The position numbers and the translations under genes are program-made. The notes below the pieces were generated by a model. It did not search any database. It had not been told where the DNA came from and saw only the letters and a program-made list of their open reading frames with translations. Below are positions 34,132 through 46,370 of a DNA stretch of 64,000 nt, in pieces. The number at the start of each line of letters is the position of its first letter. Positions within the stretch are counted from its first letter, which is position 1. The stretch spans positions 1,550,001 through 1,614,000 of the forward strand of contig AP026164.1 of NCBI GenBank assembly GCA_030295235.1, in the 5' to 3' direction. The DNA comes from Fistulifera solaris. Lineage: Eukaryota.

Positions 34132-35109
34132 TCAATCCTTTGATCCTGAGTCAAATTTTGCAAACATAGATTCCACTCGGTTGGTCACCCAGCCGTACAA
34201 TTCTTCCTTCGCTTGTATCGCTGCCGCATGTTTCTCGCGATTTCCTGTTTGAATGTCAGTAGCCACATCCAGAAGACTCACGAGCATCTGCTTGATGACT
34301 TGCCGTGTGAAAAAGTTGATAATGGACAGGGGAACATAGTTGACATGAGCGTCTATGGATTTCTCAATCGTTACCAATACTTTGTGTTCATTTTCCGGGT
34401 ACTTTCGTTTGGACCGTTTGAGAAGATCGTGATCATTAGGACACGCGCGAATGACAATGCCGGCATCAAAGTCAATACGGACGACGCCTTTTGCAGGTTC
34501 GGGAATGCTAATGTCATCATCAAAATACCCCGGTGGTAGATCTTTGACACGAATTAAAATGGCAGCAGCTTCTTCAATGGCATCGATTGACACTGCATGT
34601 TGCACAACTTCCCGGGTAGCAATCGGGAACGGCATATCCACCGTTACTTGAACAATTTGGTTCCCTCTTCCGAACTCATGCAACATCTTTGATTGGCGAA
34701 GTCCCACCCGCGGGTGCTTCCAACTCGGCATCCATTCTGAATATAGGTTCGTTTCATTTAATACCGCTAACAGTGGTACCACCATACTCGACTCTAAGAT
34801 CAATTCAATGCGAACTGTAAGCCTATTGTTCGAATCGATCTTGTGGTATGTCATAAAGTCGTAATTCACGTGAGCTTCCCCCTCTTTCTTCCATCCATGC
34901 GACACGAACGCACCCTCTTGCTCTCGTTTCAACCGACTTTCCATTTCATCGGCCCATAGTAGAGCGTGGCGAAATTGTGTGGTCAATTTCGTCACATCTT
35001 GCACCTCGCGGAGGTACCGCGCCGCCTCTAAATATCGCTCGACCGCAACCAACTCTTTCGCTTTTTTCATCAAATCATCGTCGGATACTCGGATCGATAA
35101 ATCGCCCAT
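34132..35109 (-). CDS. START/SRPBCC lipid-binding domain protein
   Basis: VPLLAVLNETNLYSEWMP; DMPFPIATREVV; GVVRID; YVPLSIINFFTRQ. Confidence 0.75.
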   Translation of the reverse strand: MGDLSIRVSDDDLMKKAKELVAVERYLEAARYLREVQDVTKLTTQFRHALLWADEMESRLKREQEGAFVSHGWKKEGEAHVNYDFMTYHKIDSNNRLTVRIELILESSMVVPLLAVLNETNLYSEWMPSWKHPRVGLRQSKMLHEFGRGNQIVQVTVDMPFPIATREVVQHAVSIDAIEEAAAILIRVKDLPPGYFDDDISIPEPAKGVVRIDFDAGIVIRACPNDHDLLKRSKRKYPENEHKVLVTIEKSIDAHVNYVPLSIINFFTRQVIKQMLVSLLDVATDIQTGNREKHAAAIQAKEELYGWVTNRVESMFAKFDSGSKD

Positions 35110-35547
35110 TTGTAGTACTCGTAAAGAAAGCCGGAAGCGGTCACTCTGATACTTTGATGTGCGCCTTCTGACGTGAAATCCTATTATTTACAAATATTAC
35201 GGATAGAACATCGGAAGATAGCACATAATTGGGAAATACTGGTAGAACGACCCGAGATGCTGTTTTGGCAAAAAACCGTGACAACGACTCATGACTGAAA
35301 CCAAGTCGTGGCAAAATAAGGCCAACAGTTTGGGCTTATAGCTATGATCAAGTGTAGGTAAGCAAGTACCCCGTATTTGACAACGGCTACCGCGCGACAT
35401 TGCTGTTATCGCCAATTAATTATTGGTAATTCAAAACCTTGTTGTTCTGCATTTGTTCTTCTTAAGAATACGCAGTTTGCCGATTAATCATAAGCACTCG
35501 GATACTTCCATTCTATTCATTCGTTTCCCTTAAAAACGTTTTTAGCG

Positions 35548-36003
35548 ATGTGCTGCTGTGGTGGTGATGCTGTCAACGAAGACAAACTTGTCCTTTGCTG
35601 TGCGCTTTGCTGTGTGAACCTTTCGGTGTATCCAAGTTGTGGTTGCTTGGGTTGCTCGGGGAAGGTAAGATCTAACTGGTGATGAAGAATGAACCGTTAT
35701 CGCACCTCATTCGATAATAAAATGAACCATTTAATGTTGCAGGCGGGTATCTGCTGTTTGAATGCAGAGATTTGCTGCAAGCCTGGTGCTCCTTCACTCT
35801 TTCCGTTCTGTTGCGTTGGACTTAAACCGCAATGTAATGGTTGCAGCATCCTGAACGGACAGTGCCACGTCTGCTGCGGCGTTTTATCCTGTGCTATTCC
35901 GTGCAATGACGAAGTTCCGGTAGCGGTTGCTGTAGCTGGATTGACGCTTTACCCGAAATGCGGTTTTTGCATGTCACAGAAGGCGGTAATGGACCGCGAA
36001 TAA
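35548..36003 (+). CDS. Small cysteine-rich protein (125 aa, 25 Cys); intron 35665-35742
   Basis: Exon 1 MCCCGGDAVNEDKLVLCCALCCVNLSVYPSCGCLGCSGK; GTAAGA...TTGCAG intron; exon 2 in frame with ORF 35689-36003. Confidence 0.8.
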
Positions 36004-36435
36004 GTACTACCGGCATCATGTGATCCCCGAGTCAAAGAGATTACTACGTACATGTAACATTATGTACTGTAAGGCAATGACAATTTGTGGCTGCTTTCCT
36101 GATAGTTTTCAGAGGGGGAATTTCGGTGAAAGTTCGAATCGGTAAGAAAGTAAAGGATAGTAGTACCGACTCTATATTAAGGAGACGCATTAATAACTTT
36201 ATAGAAATATCTCCGGAAATAAACTTCTTTCAATGCAACCCGTGTACTTGCATAGAGCGACAAAGTATGCAAACCAAATCCTACTAGAAAGGTTGCCATG
36301 TGCAAATAACTTCAACATTATTCTTTTTTATAAATAGACTCCAAAATTAGTAGACCTAGGCAATAGGTCGGAAATCCTTCGAAAATGTTTGATTCCGTAT
36401 TTACAATAGAGGAAAAGTGTAGGCGACCTATTTCA

Positions 36436-36637
36436 ACGACTGCATTTCAGTCATGAATCCCGAAATTTCCTTTCCCGCAAGCATCTTTTAAGCTCAAATT
36501 AGAATTATTCCAATGGAAATACTTTTATTAATCAGTGAATTGAACCTACCGACTTTTTTTACGTCGATAATTCTTGCCGATCGGATCCACAGTGTTTGCT
36601 CAACAGTACAAAGACTGCATTTTAGTCATGAGTCGTT
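36436..36637. repeat. Second pair of GACTGCATTTYAGTCATGA motifs
   Basis: ACGACTGCATTTCAGTCATGA at 36436-36456 and AAGACTGCATTTTAGTCATGAGTCGTT at 36611-36637. Confidence 0.8.
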
Positions 36638-36828
36638 TCTCCGTGCTTAATTGCTAGACTTAATTTACCTAAAATCCATTTTCAACTTAGCCATTCACTT
36701 ATTATTTCCTTCATCAAGATGTAATAGTTCTTCAGTTTCAGCATGACTAGCAATGCACAACTCGAACTTTTATGATCATCGTGTGGTGCGATAAGGTTTT
36801 AGATCTGAGACGACAAAAGTTTTTTGTT

Positions 36829-36917
36829 TACCTGGTACAAGCACGGTACGGTACCGGTACCGGTACGGTACCGGTACCAGGTACAGTACCGGTGGTACCG
36901 GTACCGGTACCTGGTAC
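36829..36917. repeat. Largest GGTACC/CCGG cluster
   Basis: About 90 bp made of GGTAC, CGGTAC and CAGGTAC units, upstream of the amino-acid transporter. Confidence 0.9.
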
Positions 36918-37132
36918 TCTCATTTCGGATCTTGTGTCACGCATCACGCAGTCATGCGCTTATCCGAATGTCTCATTCAAGATTGGAAAAGGAACTCACA
37001 ACCGCACACAAGTGCTTTGATCACCCACTTATCAAGCATAAACTAATTATCAAGGAGCACAACGGCCACCAACGACTCTGAATCTCACTTAGCGCAGAAT
37101 TCTAGAAAAACGCAACTATACGACCCACAAAA

Positions 37133-38808
37133 ATGACAGCATCCGAGTTGACACAACTCTTACCCCAGAAACAAGGGGACGAATCTTCGTCTTGTGAGTT
37201 TTGTAGCAATATTGGACCTTTCTTTACCACTCTTACTCACTAGTTACTTACTTAACAGCTTCCAAGACTATCGGATTGATGGGAAGTGTCGCCATTGCCG
37301 TCAATTCCTTAGCCGGCCCCGCGATTCTGCAACTCCCATTTCAGTACCAGCAATCTGGTATCATTCCCACTACAATCTGCTTGGTGGCTGTCGCCACATT
37401 GTCTGCCTATTGCAGCTTACACATGGCCAGCGTGGTCTCTAAGGTTCCCGGAAACAAGCATTACGACAAATGCATTGAATTTAGTGACGTTTATCGTATT
37501 TTCTGGAGCGAACGAGCGTACCGAGCTACCCAAATCATGTTTTATTTGACGGCGGTTTGTGTCAATTTGGCCGCTATTGTGGATACTGCACAGACGGTCG
37601 ATAGTGCGCTGGGTCTTCACGCCACGACTTATGGATATTCGTTCGATAAGGGTGAATTTATCTCGTGGTCGCACCGGACTCATTGCACAAGATACATGGT
37701 GAAGCGCGGAGATTGCAGTCCCTTTGAGGACCCCGCCAAATATGGACAGTATATCTTGACGCTGGGGTATCTTTTGACAGCAGTTGTCTTTGTGCCGCTT
37801 TGCCTTATGGATTTGAAAGAGAATAGTACATTGCAGAGTAAGTAGTATCCGTGCCCATGTCGAACGTCGAAAAACCTTGTAATCGTCCTTGTAATCGTCC
37901 TTGTAATCGTCACCTCACGGTTTGATTACTCGACCAGTTGTTGGCTTTGTAATACTGATAACCACTTCGGTTTATTTTTGTCTTGACTTAAGTCAGTTTC
38001 ACCTGACTCTAGAGCATGCTTCTCTTTGGGGTGAAAAATGGGACGATATGTTGGGCGTAATTCTGTTCAACTTTGCTTTGGTCTTAGCCATTCCGGCGTG
38101 GCTCCACGAAAAGAAGGCACATGTTGGAGTCGGGCAAACTGTCTTCCTGTCGACAGTGATATCCGTGGCTCTGTACATTGGTGTCGGGCTTATGGGTGCG
38201 TTGGCAATACCCAAAGTGAACATCAATCTACTGGACCCGATGGTTTCGGGAGCCTTTGGCCGTGGTGTACAAGTTGCAGCCTCCATATTTGCTTTCTTCA
38301 TCATTGGCTTGGATATTCCGCTCTTCTCCGTGCTAACAAGATACAATTTGACTCATTCTGGCTTATGCAGTGTCTCCTTTCCAACTGGCTCGTCGTTTGG
38401 ATCCCTTGGGGTATTGGGTGGGCGTTTTATGCCGGTGATGCTATTGGAACGCTTCTTTCTTGGGGCGGCGTCCTTCTTCTATCATCAGTTGCTTTCATTT
38501 TGCCGTTGTCTCTAGCATATCGTGCGCTCAAAGCAAGACCAGATGAGGCTGGTGCGGTCGAGGTCTACGGTTCGTTCCTCAAAACGTTCAAGCAACAAAA
38601 AGTTGCATTACGTATCCTCTTAATGACCGCCACCGCGAGTGTAGTGATTGCAATTTTAGGAGAATTTTTCGGAGACCAGGCCACGGCCCTTTATCTGTCG
38701 TCAACGAATTACCTGAATAGTACCTCAGTCGAAGATTTGCTGAACTATTCCCACCGAATGTTCTCTGAGGTCTTTATGAACAACTCGACACTGAACACAA
38801 CCTTGTGA
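37133..38808 (+). CDS. Amino acid transporter (AAAP/Aa_trans-like); introns ~37194-37258 and ~37839-37937; frameshift at ~38380
   Basis: KTIGLMGSVAIAVNSLAGPAILQLPFQYQQSG; GVILFNFALVLAIPAWLHEK; multiple TM helices. Confidence 0.85.
37875..37911 (+). repeat. Intronic 12-bp tandem repeat (CCTTGTAATCGT)x3
   Basis: Seen directly in the second intron of the transporter. Confidence 0.85.
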
Positions 38809-39479
38809 TAACTAACCTACATTTATAGAAGCAAATACGTAGTACACTTGAATTTAGTGGCTTCGATGACTCCCTTGATTGTTACGAGAATCCACGACTG
38901 GATTTCAGTCTGGTTGAAGCGGTAACGAAACAAGCCACACATGAAACTGTTTTCATCAACATGTATAAGATAATAGTTCACGGTTAACAATCTATATCCT
39001 TGATTATATGCGATCTCGATTATTTGCGTCGAAACCTCCGCGACGTGACCGCCGAATTACGGTACCGTACATGGTGGATTTCCATTAGCATTAGTGCTGT
39101 ACCTGTACGACTTCACGACGGTCATGATGTGCGACGATTGACGTTTTGCCCTTCATTATTGATATTGCGACCATGGAGACATGGTGACCAAAATAAGGTA
39201 GTTGCTTGTAAACAAGAATCGTTTACCAGTACCAAACTTTTGACGGCAAAGCAACTCGGAACACAGACGCGGTACTGATTCTACATTTTATGAGAGTCAA
39301 TGAAGCGCAGCGGTACAGAAGCATGGTGTCGCAGTAAGTCGTGTGTCTCACCGGGATCATGGGTACCGTACCGACAGATTTTGTGTTTTACATTACGTAC
39401 TGAGCGTGGTCGTTCTTATCATGCACACATAACAGCCATTTTCTCTACTTGTTAGTGACCGAGGAACGAGGAACAATAC

Positions 39480-40900
39480 TTGCGAGCCCGCGAGGTTCAC
39501 TCTTCTGAAATTGAACCTACCGAAGAACATTCACAGTTCATTCTCTCCGTCTGTCGCGTTAGCAAAAGGCTTAATTCTTTCGGGAGAATTCGCTGCCTGT
39601 TTACAAGCTTCTACGCGAATCCTCTGATCACAATGAGTTCGATTGGACGAATCTCGGCAACATTGCCATCTGGCGGGAGAACCGCATCGTCGTTCTCATT
39701 AGTGACGAGGATTTCGAACCTATTTACCAGCGCAAAGCTTCCTTTTTACTGCACAATGTCGGACGGGACTTGTGTACTCTATTCTGTGATATTTACGGCC
39801 AGACAAGTACTGTCATTGCTCAAACTGCTAAATTTTTTTGGTCCCTTGAGCATTCAGTCGAAGTGAAATATACACTACGAGTGGACAAAGGACGCTATTT
39901 CGACTTTGGAGCCTTCCGTCTACCGCTGCTTGCATCCATCTTAAATTCGAAAAAGAACGGCACTATGCGATACTAACAGGTGTCTTGAATGCTGAGCAGT
40001 CCGTTTTTCTAGCCACAAGACCTTACTGGTTGCGATTGGAAATAGCGCGAGATGGTTCTGCATTCGAGGACGATGGTGTGGCTTTCATCAAAGCACTCGG
40101 ACAGCGAGAAACTTCCTTTGGTTCACCTCCATTCTTTGGTTTGTGGGACCTTTTTTAATCCTGGAAATCTACGACGCCTAGTACAGCTCGATATCTATGA
40201 TCTATGAGCAATTGTTCGTTTTGCAGAACGCGTACTGGTTTCTTTTTCAGCCAATTGATACTCTTGCTATTGCGATGGGCGACCTATCGGTGAGGTTCTT
40301 TCTGGAACCTTGGATCGATTAAGAGAGGCTTTTTGGTCTCATTTCTGAATCAAGTGGCTAAGCTGGGCCATTTTGAGCTACTTTGCCTCTCAGTACGTCA
40401 TTTGTAGGAACGGTTTGGAATGCAACCTTTTCGAGATTGTGAGCCTTTTGAGTTCGACGAGCTGGCACGTGTTGCGGAAGCTGTCCTTCTTGCAATCCAT
40501 GGCAATCCGATGCTATCGCATTTCGATTTGAGCTCTACGCCTTGTCAGTATTTGGAATGGGCACCTCATTTACCGACTATTTTCAGGGCTATGGAAGATT
40601 ACGAAGGCTTATACACTTTTGTTGTGTTTGGTGATAATCTGGATGACGACGACGATTTGGCCTAATTTTCTTATCGCCTGAATTTGCATGGCTTTAAAGC
40701 TTTTTGCTCGCGACCGCAGACTTCGAATTGAGAATCGTTGTGGTAATATTAACAAGCTCCTCTTTGTCAACAAGATTGACGACCAATCAAAAAAGCTTGC
40801 AACAGAGGCAATGTCGTCAAGATTGTCACTGGTGGCAGCGGCGCTATGGGACTTTTTCTATCGCATCATACAGACGTGTGGTGAACGAGTTCCTTCAGGA
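39480..40900 (+). pseudogene. Degraded gene fragment, probably from an expanded diatom LRR-like family
   Basis: Fragments in shifting frames with stops: LCDIYGQTSTVIAQTAKFFWSLEH, HLPTIFRAMEDYEGL, RLSLVAAAL...SHHTDV. Similarity to a Fistulifera-expanded family is recalled, not searched. Confidence 0.45.
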
Positions 40901-41660
40901 TGTGAATGACAATAACGCCCATATCTAAAATTGATCAATTGTGTGAAGAGGTTCCAATCCACGCGAAGGTGATGCTTGTGCAATTGTTCGAGGCCAGTGC
41001 AGCCTAAGAGGAATCCGAAGAAGACTACGCTGTCTTATTGTAGTTGCATATTTATACGTAGTTTCTTCCAACCTTATTTCAGAGCTTCATTTACATTGGT
41101 CAATCAAAAAGGCTGCTTGTTGTTGTAGTTCTGCAATGCCGGTCCTTCGGAGACTCTGACGGATAGACGACCCATTTGCATGGGACGTATCGTAACAATG
41201 CAAAGGGATTGCTGGAAAGGTTTCTCCTAAAGCAATTGAACCGACCTGGAGTGTACATGGCCAAGGTGACTATAGGATGTTGATGAAGCAGTTCACAACA
41301 ACAGCAAGGACTATATTGACGGACTCATTTGCCCTTACACTAAAGATTGCATCAATTTTTTCTTCATACGTCATTTTAAGCTGAATAGGCGCTCCATGAC
41401 ATAGTATAAGCACCGAGCATACTCCTGAAATGAGTTTCTTTTGACTGAAAGCCCGAGACGCTTCAATTCTTCGGCAACAAGGACAAAGGCTTTTGCTATA
41501 GATCTTTTGAATGAAAGTTGTGCTCGACTCATTACAAAACTAGGAGAACGGAGGATACTAGCCACGATAAAAGGTAGTGTCTAAAGAGAGGTTAAAAGCT
41601 GTCCGCTACAGCCTTAGTTGCACTCGCGCGCGAGGTTAAAAAAGTCTTAGCTCGTCGAAT

Positions 41661-42415
41661 TTAAGCAAGGTAGGGGAAGCCATTTCCAGTGATAGCAGAT
41701 TGAGCTACCATTCCACCGATAGCAACCATCGCAAGGCGACCGTTCTGGAAGCGCAAAAAAATACTAAAGTGAGTACCAAGCCGACTGCAAACTAACAACG
41801 CTATCCTACAAAACCCCACATACCTTCAATTCCTTCAGTTGCATTTCCTTTCGCTTGGCCGCTTCTTTGGGGTACAAGTTCAGGGGATCGAATCCAAAGT
41901 CTCCGGGTACGCGATCAAACTCATTCATGTTGGCCAAGGCGGCGAACGAAGAAGCCTCTAGGAAAGAAATCCAGCCGAAAATTTGAATCATCGATTCCGG
42001 GAGAGCATCGTGTGCCTGAATGACCTTGGGGATGGATTCGAAGGAGAATTGTTCGCCCGGAATGCGTACAAATTCGGGAACGACGAAACCGGCCACCGCC
42101 AACATAGCGGCACGGCCGTGCTTCAATTCGGCCTCGCGGTACCAGGGAAGCCACTCGGGGGTTTTCTACGACAGATGTGAGAAAATTGAATAACAATGCA
42201 ATCAGAAGAACGACAACTACTCTTCTTACCGTCGCAAAGCCCAGAGGATCAAAGTTCTTGGATCCAGTGTCTCCAATGAACATAGGTTCCGGACCTTCAC
42301 CCCCGACGTATCCTTTCGCGAACTCATTGAGTTCTGTCGCGGATCGGCTCTGTTGCTGAGCCGGGGCAAATGCAGCCACCGAAGTGATAAGGGAAGCAAC
42401 GACAACAGCCTTCAT
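41661..42415 (-). CDS. Lhcr: Fucoxanthin-chlorophyll a/c binding protein, Lhcr-type; two introns
   Basis: VAAFAP presequence; FDPLGF; WYREAELKHGRAAMLA; PGDFGFDPL; KELK|NGRLAMVAIGG...GFPYLA*. Confidence 0.93.
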
Positions 42416-42809
42416 GGTTCTTTTTGTGCCAAATGGGGCTCACGTAGAACGAAAGTTGAATACGGGGGGATTGGAAGACACTCCATCCTTACTCTCTGTT
42501 TTCCAGGATTTGCCTTCAACCTCCGTCTACGAGTGTCATCCGTTCAAAACGCTACAGGGTATCTTTCGAGTTCAAGAAGTACCAGATGGTACAGGGAGAC
42601 GGAAAATGGACTTGTCCTACGTCATCAGTACATTTGGCTACGTGAGTCTACATGGAAAATTTCTCTAGTCCGCTTTCTCGTTTTCGTCGCAAGAAAAGAG
42701 CTACGTTGTTGATGCCGAGGGCGAGGCACCGAATGAGATCATCGCGATCCTACGAAAGTCTACGGCTTTGACAACTTGCCTCCAAAGTTCTTTGTTCTTC
42801 ACCAACAAC

Positions 42810-43566
42810 ATGAAGTCTGCTATCTTCGCTTCGTTCGTTGCCTCGGCGGCTGCTTTTGCTCCCAGCAACAGCAAGAGCCCAAGCTCATCGGCTCTTGCCG
42901 CGGCCATGGACAAATACCCGGGCTCCATCAACTTTGCCGCCAAAGAATTCAAATTCGATCCCCTTGGTTTGAGTGAAACATACGCACCCCTCATGCCCTT
43001 CTTCCGTGAAGCCGAACTCAAGCACTGCCGAACCGCCATGCTCGCCGTGACGGGATGGATTGTGGCCGATTTGGGCATTCGTTTGCCCGGAGAACAGTTC
43101 TCGGTCGCCAATGTGCCTTCGTCGCACGATGCTCACGATCTTTTGTTGCGTGGACCGATGGTCTTCTTGTTGATGGCGGTTGGACTCTTTGATTTGACGG
43201 CCACGGGACCGGGTGTCAGTGCTTCCATGAAGGGCGAGCGTGAACCGGGTGGTGAGTACGAATTGTTTGTAGCTGTAGACTACTCTCTCTTCTTTTTTTG
43301 ACTCGAAGCAAACCTTGGTTTCTTTCTTCTCATCCTCTTCCTTTTTCTCAGACTTTGGCTGGACTCAGTTCGCACCCAAGGACAAGGCTGCCTACGACAA
43401 GAAGGTTAACAGTGAGCTTTTGGTAAGTAAAAAAAGCAGGATTCTTTCCTCGATCACCCCAGCACTAACTATCTTACTGCCACAGAACGGACGTCTGGCT
43501 ATGTTTGCCCTAGGTGGTATCGCCACGCAGAGTGAACTTACGGGCCACGGCTTTCCTTACCTCTAA
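42810..43566 (+). CDS. Lhcr: Fucoxanthin-chlorophyll a/c binding protein, Lhcr-type; two introns
   Basis: MKSAIFASFVASAAAFAP; FDPLGL; FREAELKHCRTAMLA; EREPG|DFGW; SELL|NGRLAMFALGG...GFPYL*. Confidence 0.93.
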
Positions 43567-43932
43567 GCTAATACAGTTATGGGTAAACTGTAATGTTGAT
43601 GACACCTTTTTCGCCTATACATTATAGTTTCTAGAAATACAATAGTGTTTCGTAGTTTGTGGGGACCACGACAAGCATAGCAACTTGAGTTTTCTGAATG
43701 GAAGGCTACCTAGTTGAGACTAAGAGGATCTCATCTCAGCGACAGTACTTGCAAAGGCTGAGGCAACCATCAATCCACCTAGGCAAGCAAATACTCCGCA
43801 ATAAACAATGCAGATAAAAGCCGGATACTACAAGTCGGAGAAAAAGTTTGTTATTCACGAATCTAACTGCTGATAAAGAGGTGCGTTACAATAGTCTTGC
43901 TGGTATGTGTATAGGTTTCGCCAGTAGGGGGC

Positions 43933-44809
43933 TTAGAGTGCCATTTCATCGTACAGAGGGATGTCTCCCAGCTCGGACATGACATCCATGTAGGCTCGAA
44001 GTTTCGATGGCCAGATGACGTCCTTAATGATGGTAATGGATCTCAAGCGAGCGAAAAGGTCGATATCATCGTACGACAATCCCCCCGGCGAGCAATGGTA
44101 CTGCGAAAAGATAATATCATCGAGTTCCACCAGTTTTCGGTTTAACTCTTCAATTTCGTCAGCAGGATCCTTCGCCATGGTCTCGGCGTAAATACTGAGG
44201 CGTTCCTCGGCGCCCATCTCCTTCCATTCCGCCTTTTCGTAGGGGGGGAAGTGGGTGATTCATGATGAACGCTTGGCGGCCATCCAATTGTTGAAACTCA
44301 GGTAGTAGACCTGTCGCGACGTAGCGGGGACGTTGCAAAATCCGAAGCAGACCTTGTACGGACTTTTGCCACGCTTTAATGTCTGCACGGTCCGTCGCTG
44401 GAAGAATCACCCCGGTAGGACCGAATCGTTCATCCGAGTCCACCAAGCTGATGATATCCAACGACTCGGCCATACAGATATCGGCCGACGGCCATTCAAA
44501 AATAGGGGCAATTTTCTTCCCCACCAGTGCTGTAGGAGTAGGAACATCGTCATTTGCCATGAAGCGGATGTTGTGCTTGATATTCTTCACACCCAGCGCG
44601 AAACGGACTCGCACACAGAAAGGACAATGATCGTACACGTAAACATTGGGTAAAACTTCGGGAATGACACGTTCCGGCTTTGAGAAAGGAACGGTTTCTG
44701 CAACGGTCGCCGTCATAGGCGCTCTCATCAAACTTCGTTGCCCCAAAGGAACTTGAAAGGCCTGCACACTGCTGGCGAATAGCAAAAGTGGAGAGAAAAA
44801 GCACCGCAT
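43933..44809 (-). CDS. grxB: Plastid-targeted glutaredoxin 2 (GrxB, GST-like fold); frameshift at ~44240
   Basis: MRCFFSPLLLFASSVQAFQV presequence; YVYDHCPFCVRVRFALGVKNI...NDDVPTPTALVGKKIAPI...MAESLDII; LSYDDIDLFARLRSITII. Confidence 0.88.
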
Positions 44810-45152
44810 GAATGTTTTTCGCTTTTGAATACAAGACAGCTTCTCTCCCCCGGATATTTGACACGGAGAGATTTGAAAAGAGTCAAATTTCTCGGGGTAC
44901 GTTCTTTGCCAGAGGTGATCAACGACAGATGAAGGAGGAGAGCAGCGCTCTCTTTCACACAACACGGTGAGTGGAGGATGAGCACTTCGTTTTTCCTCCG
45001 AATTTTTCTGTGGGGGCTACGTATGAGGTTGGACCATACGTAAGAGAGTACAAAAGTCCTCGTGTCAAACAGTAGATGAATGAGTCCTTTTTGGGACAGT
45101 CGTCAAATTGAAGTCCAGCGTGGTACAATGGACACGTAAGATGTTCCGATCT

Positions 45153-45179
45153 CGTACCGGTACTGCATCGTACCGGTAT
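45153..45179. repeat. Short GTACCGGTA cluster in a divergent promoter
   Basis: cgtaccggtactgcatcgtaccggtat. Confidence 0.65.
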
Positions 45180-45348
45180 CAATCTTAGTCACGAGTCAGT
45201 CATGTACGTCATCCGACCAGCCAAGAATGAAGGAACGAAATACGCCGACAAGTTGTGATCAAATCGGACTCGCACCTTGAAGAAGCTTGCCATCATACCT
45301 TTTCGTAATAGACTAAACTCAGTATTGATAAACTCGCAGTGTATTACA

Positions 45349-46321
45349 ATGGCTCCGATTCGAATAAAAAGCATCGCAATAGCACTGGCACTGGCCCTAT
45401 CGTGGCCCTCGCTGAGCCGTGCCTTTGTATGTCCATCTCGTCGGGCGGCCATACCATCGGTCACGTTATGGGAGAAAGAAACTACCACTACCGACAACGA
45501 AGTCCGCGCCGAAGCGCAAGATGCACTCAACAACGTGGGTTGGTCCATGCCGGCAGAAGGTGACTTGACATCGGATGATCCGTTCGTCCAGGCCATTGAT
45601 GCGGGGATTCAACGGGATGTGGGGGTACCTTTGGATGCTTTATTGAATCCGGCCAAAGTAGTCAATTTAGAACGTGATTTGTACAATCTACGTATGGAAC
45701 TGGCAACTTTGACGGGTCGAGCGGATATCATAGTAGTAGGAGACGATAAGACTCTGTTGACGACAACCGAATGCGATGGTGGAGGAGGAGGGGATGATGC
45801 CGAAGCGCTGCGTCAAAAAATTGCCAAAAAAGAAAAGGATCTAATTATTGAACGTCGGTCTGTCTTTCGGGGATGGCTCAAAAATATCTTTTTTAGCGCA
45901 AGCGATCCTTTCGTTTGGTCTTAGCTATGTCATGGCAACCAATCCGGCATCACTTTTCGGAGGCTATGGATGGTACGGAGTCTACAACATGGATGTATCG
46001 ATTCAAGTACTGGGCTATTGGTGGTGGTGGCTCTTTGTCATTCCTTCTCTGCGCAGTCGTCGCCCGAAGGGTGCCGAAAAGAAGGCGTTGGACATTGCTT
46101 TTCTGGCCTCTCCTGCCATTAGTTTATTAGCCCCCGTGGCAACGAAAGACACTGGACTCATTTGGACGGCGAATTTCGTGGTAGTGGCGAGCGCCTATGC
46201 GTTTGCGTATCTGGTAGACTCTGACGATAGTGACGACGATTCGAACACACCGGAATGGTTGAAGTTTGTTTACAAGTCGCTCGATTTCGGTTCCGGGCGC
46301 GAGCGAGGTGCTCGACAGTAA
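45349..46321 (+). CDS. Hypothetical plastid-targeted membrane protein; frameshift at ~45895
   Basis: ...PSLSRAFV presequence; ORFs 45277 and 45848 join at a T run; several C-terminal hydrophobic helices. Confidence 0.7.
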
Positions 46322-46370
46322 ACCATTCTTTCTATATTTTTATACATTTGAACCACGAAAACTGTTCTCT

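Noticed and set aside
36772..37081. ORFs with GTGTVPVP / YRYRY repeats (also at 7038, 13750 and 57590)
   Set aside because: These are translations of the GGTACC clusters, not credible proteins.
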